Source of the DNA: a virus
Length of the DNA stretch: 22,196 nucleotides
Direction: 5' to 3' (one strand)
IMG/VR virus record: IMGVR_UViG_3300031578_000376
Location: 1-22,196 of that record
This document shows positions 7,422 through 14,256 of this stretch, piece after piece (position 1 is the stretch's first letter; every line of letters begins with the position of its first letter). The translations under genes were made by a program, and so were the position numbers. The notes beneath the pieces were generated by a model. It searched no databases and had not been told where the DNA came from. It worked only from the letters and a program-made list of their open reading frames with translations.

Positions 7422-8243
7422 ATGGAACAAAGCCTTTTGGCTCTGACCGTTCAGGTCAACGGCCGCACCCTGAGAGAGTATTTACACCAAGGCCAATTTT
7501 GGATTGAGGGCCGCAAGGGCAGTGAGTTTTCACTGCAGCTCAGAAACAAGAGCTACACGCAGCGCATCTTGGTTGTAGCCAGTATTGACGGGCTATCAAT
7601 CATGGATGGGAAACAGGCAAGTTTCGACTCGTCAGGCTATGTGCTTGAACCGCGGCAGACCGCATTGATCCCAGGCTGGCGGCTCAATGACCTGGAGGCC
7701 GCCCGGTTTCGCTTCCACAAAGCAGCAAAAAGCTACGCCGCTAAAAAAGGGCAATCGGCGAACATTGGCGTGATCGGCTGCGCCGTTTTTGAGGAGCTCA
7801 AAGAGCCTGCCTATATAATGGGGCTTCCCGATTTCAATCTCCACTCTAACGGCTCGTACAGGACGTCCCCGATTGCCAATTCGCCCGTGTCGAAAGAGTG
7901 CGTCTTTTCAAGCAGCACCGATTTTCTTCATGGGGCCCAGGCATCTTCTGGCACAACGTGCGACTGGTACACGATCACAGAAAGTGCCGTTGCGGCTCAG
8001 CCCGAGGTGGCGCCATCTCTGGGCACCGAGTTCGGGCAAAAGATTCAAAACCCAGTAGCAAACACCGCGTTCAACAAGGTCTCCAACATACCCAAGGAGG
8101 TGCATGAGATTCGCTACGCCGACAGAGAAGAGCTGCACCGGCGCGGCATCGATGTCACGCGCAAGCCGATCCCCGCCGTGCAAAACCCGTCAGCCTTCCC
8201 GGGCGAGCAGGGCTGCAAGCCCCCAGCTGGCTGGATCGGATAA
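7422..8243 (+). CDS. hypothetical protein (273 aa)
   Basis: Long ORF with GGGAAAC-type SD upstream. The N-terminal ~125 aa (VNGRTLREY..GQFWIEGRKGSEFSLQLRN....VASIDGLSIMDG...GYVL...IPGWR...RF.F...SYAAKKG...NIGVIGCAVFEE) looks like a conserved domain of unknown function that I cannot name. Confidence 0.8.
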   Translation: MEQSLLALTVQVNGRTLREYLHQGQFWIEGRKGSEFSLQLRNKSYTQRILVVASIDGLSIMDGKQASFDSSGYVLEPRQTALIPGWRLNDLEAARFRFHKAAKSYAAKKGQSANIGVIGCAVFEELKEPAYIMGLPDFNLHSNGSYRTSPIANSPVSKECVFSSSTDFLHGAQASSGTTCDWYTITESAVAAQPEVAPSLGTEFGQKIQNPVANTAFNKVSNIPKEVHEIRYADREELHRRGIDVTRKPIPAVQNPSAFPGEQGCKPPAGWIG

Positions 8244-8650
8244 GCGCCATTCACGGTAGGCTCCACAATTGTGTGAATAAACCAATCGTCAACGACGCGG
8301 TCGTCAGTTCTGACCGGAGCCTTTGCGCAAAAAAACGAAAAAAACGACCGCCTGCGTATCCCGTAACATCCAACAATCTAAGACCTTTATCAAATCTCAG
8401 TGAGCGCGATAACTCAGGGCCCTCTTTCTCCCGTCAGATCTGACGCGGACGCCTTCCCACTTTGTTTCCGCTGCCAGCCTCTTTTTGTCCTTCAGCTTCT
8501 TGACGCAGCTCTTATGCAGGCTTACCATTTAGGCATCAGTCACTAACCAAAGCCAAAAGGTGCATTAGATGCGCGATTGACAGTCAGCCCCACGCGGCAA
8601 ATCCAGTAACGCATTATGTCATTGTCAGATCTGATCTCCCTCGTGGCCTT

Positions 8651-8908
8651 ATGGCCGCGCAACTTGTACATGCTGCTGGCGAAAGTGCTCCAGGCAATCT
8701 TTGCCCGGGTACATATGCAGTTGTGCTGGCCGCGACCCAAGAAAAATTAAAAACATTGTCCGAAACGCTGACTGCGGCCGGCATACGGCATAGGGCCATT
8801 ATTGAGTCCGACCCGCCCTATTGCGGCCAGCTGATGGCGATCGGACTTGCGCCGGCCCCCAGACAGGAGGTAAAACGGCACGTAAGCTCGTTTCCGCTGC
8901 TGCGATGA
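8651..8908 (+). CDS. PTH2-like peptidyl-tRNA hydrolase (start uncertain; similarity continues upstream of the first ATG)
   Basis: The ORF plus in-frame upstream codons read HYVIVRSDLPRGLMAAQLVHAAGES...AVVLAATQEKLKTLSETLTAAGIRHRAIIESD...LMAIGLAPAP....VSSFPLL. This is colinear with the PTH2 family (human PTRH2: [23 protein letters not shown] ... VVVKAP..E.L..L...A...GL....IQDAG ... VLGIGPGP...VTGHLKL). Confidence 0.65.
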   Translation: MAAQLVHAAGESAPGNLCPGTYAVVLAATQEKLKTLSETLTAAGIRHRAIIESDPPYCGQLMAIGLAPAPRQEVKRHVSSFPLLR

Positions 8909-8986
8909 TATCTACGCCCCGAGGCCTGATGGAGGGCCCTTGCGCTTGCGCAAGACCGAGGTTCGAACCCTCTGGCGGGGCACTTT

Positions 8987-9060
8987 ACGCCCGTGGCGCA
9001 ATGGTAGCGCGCCGTGTTTAATCAGCACGGATGTTGCAGGTTCGAGTCCTGTCGGGCGTT
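8987..9060 (+). tRNA. tRNA-like gene with a non-canonical 9-nt anticodon loop (identity undetermined)
   Basis: Hand fold:
- acceptor ACGCCCG/CGGGCGT
- U8
- D arm GCGC-AATGGTA-GCGC, containing GG
- anticodon stem CCGTG/CACGG with loop TTTAATCAG
- variable region ATGTT
- T arm GCAGG-TTCGAGT-CCTGT
- discriminator T, with no encoded CCA. Confidence 0.6.
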
Positions 9061-9119
9061 CTATCGCACATCCACCTCAATTGACTTCCGGACCCTGGCT
9101 AGCTCACAATTAAAAGAGC

Positions 9120-9389
9120 ATGGCGCCACCGCAAGATCCTAAGTCCTCAGACGCAAGACGCACGCTGCATATTGAGATTGATTGCGGCGACAGGGCCTGT
9201 ATCGCTGAAAACGGAAGAACGTGCCCCTACTGTCGAGACAAGCGTTTTGCCAATCCGGTCTGCTTGCTGTTTCCCAACGTCTTTATGGGGTCCACCCGCG
9301 GGGAGGCATCCACGGAGCTTCAGCGCAAATCCGGCTGGCCCCAGCGCTGCCTGTCGTGCATGTTGGCAGATCCCCAACACAAGGGCTAG
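9120..9389 (+). CDS. small Cys-rich hypothetical protein (89 aa)
   Basis: Cys pattern CGDRAC...CPYC...C...CLSC suggests metal binding. It is the last gene of the plus block and converges on 9393..10265. The SD is weak. Confidence 0.5.
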   Translation: MAPPQDPKSSDARRTLHIEIDCGDRACIAENGRTCPYCRDKRFANPVCLLFPNVFMGSTRGEASTELQRKSGWPQRCLSCMLADPQHKG

Positions 9390-9392
9390 ACT

Positions 9393-10265
9393 TCAGCGCT
9401 TGAGGCGCTCTGTCTCTTTGCGCTCTCGGGGCAGGTGGTCCAGGTCGGGTGAAGGCACCGGGGGGTGCAAGGCCGAAAACGTCGCGCGAAGCGGCGACCC
9501 GGTCCCCCCGAGCGGCTCGGCGATGTCCATCACGTCCACCGAGCCCTCCGAAGAAAACAAATGATATTTCCAACTTTCGCGGCTGCGATAGTATACCAGG
9601 CCAAAACCCCCCGGCCGAACCAACTTATGGCCGATGTCATCGATGAAGTCCGCCCGGTTGGTGGCCAGCCCCTCACGGCCCGATATCAGGGTGGGCACCG
9701 CGTCGCGTACAGCCAGCTCGATGTAGCGCCGCTTGAACCGGTTGATGACCCGGCCCTCTGCCGCCAGCTCTTCGCGGCCCTCGGCTGTTTGTAGCCGGTT
9801 GTCCAAAAGCTGACAGCTGATGGGCTCCGGATTGTAGCTGCGCAGCGCCACGTTGATCTCACGGACATCGGGCAGCAGCAGCCGGTCTAGGTCGACATCC
9901 TCAAGATAGTCAATAAGCATGGGGCACGGGCCCGTAAAGAGCAGGGTCCACAGCACATGGGCGCTCGAGCGGCCCTCAGCGCTGTGCCAAAAGGCCAGCT
10001 TCTTGTCTCGCGGCCCTGGCCCGCACACAATCAAGTGGGTCAACTGCTCGACTTCGAGCAAGGTGGGAAGGTCAAAGGCGAGATTCAGTATGATGACGGT
10101 GTCGTACTCGGCAGGAATGCCTAAGGGGAAAGCGTCTCGCGGCCGAAGAGGGTAGGGCTTTACGCGATAGTCTTTCCCCCGGTGGTCGTAATACAGTCGA
10201 GCCACCCACAGCCCAGCGCAGCCCTCCCAATCATCACGGTGTATCACGGCAATCTGCGGCATCAC
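9393..10265 (-). CDS. hypothetical protein, possibly a DHH/DHHA1-fold phosphoesterase with degenerate motifs
   Basis: Layout is colinear with NrnA/RecJ-type DHH proteins: IAVIHRDDWEG (motif I-like), DTVIILNL (motif II-like), a position where DHH is replaced (LIVCGPGP), and a C-terminal LGGTGSPLRA where DHHA1 has GGGH. The assignment is by eye only. Confidence 0.35.
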   Translation of the reverse strand: MMPQIAVIHRDDWEGCAGLWVARLYYDHRGKDYRVKPYPLRPRDAFPLGIPAEYDTVIILNLAFDLPTLLEVEQLTHLIVCGPGPRDKKLAFWHSAEGRSSAHVLWTLLFTGPCPMLIDYLEDVDLDRLLLPDVREINVALRSYNPEPISCQLLDNRLQTAEGREELAAEGRVINRFKRRYIELAVRDAVPTLISGREGLATNRADFIDDIGHKLVRPGGFGLVYYRSRESWKYHLFSSEGSVDVMDIAEPLGGTGSPLRATFSALHPPVPSPDLDHLPRERKETERLKR

Positions 10266-10396
10266 CCGAGCGCGCTTTCTCTAATTTTTCAGAATGCCAT
10301 AGTATTGCACATGACACAAATTAGTAAAAGTGTAAGTAAGTATTATGAAATCCTATGGAAGCATATTTGCTGGCAGGGTGGGCGAGACGCAAGCCG

Positions 10397-11512
10397 TTAC
10401 GAGGCGATGCCCCATTCGCTAGACTCGTACAAAAAGTCCGTCTTTCCTTTTAACTTGCGGTTATAACTTGTGGATTGCACAAAGACGTCGTATGCGCCAA
10501 TCACATCTGCCGGCAAGGAGCGCGGCGTGATCTTGGCCCGATCGCCGTAGGGCAACCGGATGAGCTGGCGCGCCTCTGGCCCACTCCACATGTCCCCCGT
10601 GCGCTTGTCGCGAAGGATGACTTCCTTTTGCTCTTGAACGGTTTCAGACTTTACCAGTTGATAAAACCCGCGCCCGGCCTTGAACGAGACGCCCATCTCG
10701 TCCACCACAAAGGCCTTGATGGTGCAATCCACATCTACCCGGACGGTCTGAAATCGCGCGGGCTCCACAGGAGCCAGGTCGGTTTTCGTTTCGGCGAATC
10801 GGGTGGGCTTGGTCCTTCCGGCAACGCTGTCAATCATCGCCGCGAGCGACCGGTTGAACACAGGCGCTTTGCGAAGCTGGTCTTCGTACTGCCCGAAGGC
10901 CTCGGGGCCGACCTGCTGGTAGCAGACAGCGGGGATGAGCTGCAGGACGTGCGAGAGCTGATGCAGGTCGATCTTGACTCCTCCGGTCAGCTCGGCCACC
11001 TGGCAATAAAAAGCCCGCTCTTTCGCGCGGCGCGCAGACCCCATGGCCTGCACGGCGTAGACCACGACGCCTCGGTCTTTGAGCAGCCGGCACTGCTCTT
11101 TCCAGTCGTACAGACATTCCTGGGCGCCCCAGATATAACCCCTGCGGTGCGGGGCTGCGTCGCCGATCAGAATCAGCACCCGGACGTCTGCATCCGTGCG
11201 CCAATCTAAACTGCGGGCCCGGTGCAGCACGAGCTCGTAGCACTCGTCCCAGTCCCCGCCATTTGTCGGCTTGACCGACGAGACAAACTTTTGAATCGTG
11301 GCCAGGTTTCGCGACAGGTCCTGGACTTCCAATGTCCGGGGTGCGTCGCAATAATCGCCATGCGCGATCACACCAATGCGTATGCCAGCAATGCTATCAA
11401 ATAGCTGGCCGACAACCTCGCGCACGTTTCGGCGCACCTCGGACAAACACGGCGCCATGCTGCCCGTCGTGTCGAACGAAATCATCACATCGATTTTTTT
11501 ATCTTCAGTCAT
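10397..11512 (-). CDS. von Willebrand factor A (vWA) domain protein with an uncharacterised C-terminal half
   Basis: MIDAS-type motif DVMISFDTTGSM (DxTxS), followed by IGVIAHGDYCD, TNGGDWDECYE and VLILIGDAAPH. The start overlaps the upstream stop (TAATG at 11510-11514), which suggests translational coupling. Confidence 0.8.
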   Translation of the reverse strand: MTEDKKIDVMISFDTTGSMAPCLSEVRRNVREVVGQLFDSIAGIRIGVIAHGDYCDAPRTLEVQDLSRNLATIQKFVSSVKPTNGGDWDECYELVLHRARSLDWRTDADVRVLILIGDAAPHRRGYIWGAQECLYDWKEQCRLLKDRGVVVYAVQAMGSARRAKERAFYCQVAELTGGVKIDLHQLSHVLQLIPAVCYQQVGPEAFGQYEDQLRKAPVFNRSLAAMIDSVAGRTKPTRFAETKTDLAPVEPARFQTVRVDVDCTIKAFVVDEMGVSFKAGRGFYQLVKSETVQEQKEVILRDKRTGDMWSGPEARQLIRLPYGDRAKITPRSLPADVIGAYDVFVQSTSYNRKLKGKTDFLYESSEWGIAS

Positions 11513-11835
11513 TAGCTCCCCCGAACCCGCTTTGTGAACTCCTCTACAAGCCCCAGCATGGTCTTATGCTGCGGCCCAGCCTCCAGGTGGTGCAGCACCA
11601 CAGCATCGCTATCTTTACTCGTTGCAACACTTTCAAGCCATTCGCGATACTGCTTGAAAATAGCGTTGCGCAAATGTGGTGTCGGCATGTCTTTTATTAC
11701 GATGATGCCTTTGGACTCCGATACGTAGTGGCGGCCATCGTCCAAAAGATGCACGCCGAGCGCGCGCAGCGTATCGTAAAGCGCTTTGCCTTCACCCTCG
11801 ACAACGACTCCAGTGGTCAGTGTAATTCGCGGCAT
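11512..11835 (-). CDS. hypothetical protein (107 aa)
   Basis: SD AAGGAAG lies ahead of the ATG at 11835. It is coupled to the vWA gene downstream. No recognisable domain. Confidence 0.7.
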   Translation of the reverse strand: MPRITLTTGVVVEGEGKALYDTLRALGVHLLDDGRHYVSESKGIIVIKDMPTPHLRNAIFKQYREWLESVATSKDSDAVVLHHLEAGPQHKTMLGLVEEFTKRVRGS

Positions 11836-12188
11836 TTGTGCACTTCCTTACTGCCAGCTCTAACAGCAGCGCAGATGATGAGTTGGCCGTCTTCGTGCTG
11901 CGTGATGGTGATCTCGTAGAGGGGAACCTGGGCCCCCTTGGTCAGAGGCGCAAACAAGGAGCTGACGGCCAGATACTCAAAAACATCGCGACTCATGTCA
12001 TAGCTAGACGATACAATCACCATCTTGCCTATCATGTGCATCATCTGGTCAAACCACACAGACGGGCGACCTTCCGGCTCCGAGGCCTCAGCCAGAACGA
12101 GGCGCAGTATCTCAGCCGATACCCAAAAGCGACCGGCGCGTAGGCCCTCGTGCGTGTTTACGTTCCCTGTAAAGAATGGGTCGGACAT
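11817..12188 (-). CDS. hypothetical protein (123 aa; start trimmed relative to the track ORF)
   Basis: The track ORF reaches 12299 but its first 37 codons cover conserved module B. The ATG at 12188-12186 is preceded by GGAGGA with a 7-nt spacer and is the likely start (MSDPFFTGNV...). Confidence 0.65.
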   Translation of the reverse strand: MSDPFFTGNVNTHEGLRAGRFWVSAEILRLVLAEASEPEGRPSVWFDQMMHMIGKMVIVSSSYDMSRDVFEYLAVSSLFAPLTKGAQVPLYEITITQHEDGQLIICAAVRAGSKEVHKCRELH

Positions 12189-12224
12189 GGCTGAATCCTC
12201 CATGGCGGGAGCAAGAGAGTGGTA

Positions 12225-12300
12225 ACATATTAGCATATAAGCATACCAACCCCCCCTCCCGACTTTTAGTATATAGGGCGTTACAATGTTTTGCAACATG
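12225..12300 (-). promoter_or_regulatory. conserved promoter/leader module, copy B (sense -)
   Basis: The reverse complement reads CATGTTGCAAaacattgtaacgCCCTATATacTAAAAGtCGGGAGGGGGGGttggtatgcttataTGCTAATATg, matching copy A at 7233-7310. It has TTGCAA-N15-TATATA plus the extended -10-like TGCTAATAT (12227-12235, plus-strand coordinates). It starts 13 nt after the stop of 12313..12546 and ends ~38 nt before the ATG at 12188. Confidence 0.5.
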
Positions 12301-12312
12301 TTAATTTAGTAA

Positions 12313-12546
12313 TCATTTCACCGTGTAACGGGTGACAACCGTCGCTGCTACTGGCATGACGGCCGCCCCTTTGACGATCAACAGACTGACGGTTCCTGCT
12401 TTCACCTTGGTATCAAAGTCCTTCACGATGACGTGGTTGTCGTAATAGCCATGATCTAAACGATCGAGCAGTGTCGCCTTGTCTGCTTTTTCTATTTGAT
12501 AGCTATTGCCGTCGTGCTCGATGAGATAGTAGTCCGATTCATCCAT
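12313..12546 (-). CDS. hypothetical protein (77 aa)
   Basis: Compact ORF that overlaps the upstream gene by 8 nt, consistent with operon packing. No recognisable domain. Confidence 0.65.
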   Translation of the reverse strand: MDESDYYLIEHDGNSYQIEKADKATLLDRLDHGYYDNHVIVKDFDTKVKAGTVSLLIVKGAAVMPVAATVVTRYTVK

Positions 12547-12850
12547 GATACATGCCTATATCCTTTAAAATGGCTGCGATGCACCTTGCCCCTATTGATG
12601 ATTCTTCGTTTGTTGCAAAGATATCGACGTCTTTTTCTAAAAGAAGTCTGTGATATTTGTCATAGGCCCAGTGGCGCATCGCGTGAATGAAATAGGGGTC
12701 TACAGTGCAGCTCCTGACAATGAGCCCCTTGGCAGTCACGGCAAAAAACGCCCCGTGGCCCGCTCTCGCCCAAAACTCTATGGCATTTGGGTCGCCATCA
12801 TAGGTCCACTCGAGGTCCTCGAGTGCACTTATAAAATCTCTGTACGTCAT
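12539..12850 (-). CDS. hypothetical protein (103 aa; start trimmed relative to the track ORF)
   Basis: The track ORF extends to 13270 and there overlaps the well-packed plus-strand gene 12992..13420. The internal ATG at 12850 (MTYRDFISALEDLEW...) is preceded by AAGGAAG. Confidence 0.6.
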   Translation of the reverse strand: MTYRDFISALEDLEWTYDGDPNAIEFWARAGHGAFFAVTAKGLIVRSCTVDPYFIHAMRHWAYDKYHRLLLEKDVDIFATNEESSIGARCIAAILKDIGMYHG

Positions 12851-12991
12851 GCGCTTCACTTCCTTTTGCGCACTATGCCTCCCACGGCTATTGGGGTCAA
12901 CCGAAAACAGGTTGCGAGTGTCACAAGGCGCTAGCATCCGCGCACGCAGCGTGCTACTCTCTGTCTTCGCCTTATAAAGAAAGTAGCCAAC

Positions 12992-13420
12992 ATGGCTGAT
13001 TCGTATAGTTTTAAGACGCCCCAGACCATTCCCGGTCCGTGCATGCGCCTTCGCGTGTTGGAGCTGATGGGGCTTGAAGCCGGTTGGCTCGATGGCCAAG
13101 GAGAGGCCATGACCCAAGCCGCTGCGCAAACGGCCCTGATGTTGGCCGATGCTGTCATCATCGCGCGGGTTTCTCCGGCTGTCATCTTTCCAGAAGTAGC
13201 CGGCGGCTACCAGTTTGAATGGCTGCTTGCAACTGGCGATAGTCTGCTTGACGTCATTGCGCAGATTCAACCCAACGGAGATGTTTGGTGGTTTGGCGAT
13301 GCGTCTAAAATAGAGGTTGACGTGACGCTAAAGGCCGCGGATGTAACGTGCAAAAAGCTCATTACAGTGATGAGCCGCATAGGTTTTTGTCGGCTACCGG
13401 AGGGTTTTAAAGATGGGTAA
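12992..13420 (+). CDS. hypothetical protein (142 aa)
   Basis: First gene of a four-gene plus-strand block with overlapping stops and starts. No recognisable domain. Confidence 0.65.
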   Translation: MADSYSFKTPQTIPGPCMRLRVLELMGLEAGWLDGQGEAMTQAAAQTALMLADAVIIARVSPAVIFPEVAGGYQFEWLLATGDSLLDVIAQIQPNGDVWWFGDASKIEVDVTLKAADVTCKKLITVMSRIGFCRLPEGFKDG

Positions 13421-13847
13421 AAACGACGTGTTCTGGGGTCTTCTCGAAGATGAAAATCTGCATTGCGAAACCCCAGACGAGGCGATTGAAGACCTTTTAG
13501 ACTCGCTTGACTTTAAAGACATGTTCGACACCACTGTCGTTCATGAATATAAACGCCTCACAATAGACCCGAAATCTTTCGATGCTCAAGGCCCCGTGCT
13601 CGATCTGTTAGAACGCCTCGACGAAGAATTCGGAGATCCCTGCGGAGACGCTACGCAGATATCATCCAGTATGCTGGCAGCCTCAGAGGAGTTTATTGCT
13701 AAAGTCATCGAAGACTACGACCCCTGGGCCTGTGAGCTCACCGGAAAAAAGCACATGGTAAATACGTGGCAGTGGATTAAAGAGTTTCGTCCAGATTGGA
13801 TTGCCAAGGCGCAGGCGGAAGGAAGGTGGCCCAGTGGCCTCGATTAA
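13413..13847 (+). CDS. hypothetical acidic protein (144 aa)
   Basis: The start overlaps the upstream stop by 8 nt. The sequence is rich in D/E. No recognisable domain. Confidence 0.7.
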   Translation: MGKNDVFWGLLEDENLHCETPDEAIEDLLDSLDFKDMFDTTVVHEYKRLTIDPKSFDAQGPVLDLLERLDEEFGDPCGDATQISSSMLAASEEFIAKVIEDYDPWACELTGKKHMVNTWQWIKEFRPDWIAKAQAEGRWPSGLD

Positions 13848-14256
13848 TGATTACAAACTGCCAGACGGCGGCATAAATTGGAAGGCGTACCGAGAGGCTG
13901 AGATCGCTTGTGGCGAGCGATGCTGCCTGTGTCAAACCTACGTCACTTTCGGCGACACCCTTGGCGGGCCTCGTTTGTGCCACTCATGTAAAAGTCTCGA
14001 GGCAACAGTCGGCGAGGTCTTTCACGACTCGCACATACGCTGCCCGAGCTGCGGACACATTGAGGACATTACGCAGTGGGACTGCGACAGTGCCGAAGAG
14101 AAGTACGAAGAAGGCACGCACGCTGTGGCGTGCTCTAAGTGCGATTACGCGTACGAGATAGAAACGCATGTGAGCTATAGTTATTCAAGCCCGCCCCTGT
14201 TGCAGAGCGAAGAAGGGCAAAGCGCCGACAAAGACAGTGCCGAGGGGGGTGTCTGA
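13801..14256 (+). CDS. zinc-ribbon protein with four Cys pairs; start uncertain
   Basis: Contains CGERCCLCQ, CHSCK, CPSCGH and CSKCDY. The track start is a TTG at 13801, giving a 47-nt overlap. The in-frame GTG at 13834, preceded by GGAAGGAAGG, is a plausible alternative start. Confidence 0.65.
   Translation: MPRRRRKEGGPVASINDYKLPDGGINWKAYREAEIACGERCCLCQTYVTFGDTLGGPRLCHSCKSLEATVGEVFHDSHIRCPSCGHIEDITQWDCDSAEEKYEEGTHAVACSKCDYAYEIETHVSYSYSSPPLLQSEEGQSADKDSAEGGV

Noticed and set aside
8258-8322. Nested inverted repeats after 7422..8243: AGGCTCC/GGAGCCT enclosing CACAATTGTG and ACGAC-gcg-GTCGT
   Set aside because: The stems are short (5-7 bp) and are not followed by a T-run on the plus strand. 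They could arise by chance in 400 bp of non-coding DNA, and that is not enough to call a terminator or ncRNA.
8543-8799. Minus-strand ORFs 8543..8740 and 8614..8799
   Set aside because: They are antisense to the PTH2-like frame, which has clear family similarity. They have no start signals.
10475-11351. 244-aa (+) and 173-aa (-) ORFs overlapping the vWA gene
   Set aside because: They are antisense or out of frame relative to a gene with clear vWA motifs and coupled translation signals. Their translations are Arg/Pro/Gly-rich, as is typical of shadow frames in GC-rich coding DNA.
12189-12299. N-terminal extension of the track ORF 11817..12299. The same issue applies to 12851..13270 and 17172..17222.
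   Set aside because: The extensions run through the conserved non-coding module, through a well-supported opposite-strand gene, or through the upstream gene. In each case an internal ATG with a good SD gives a tidier gene.
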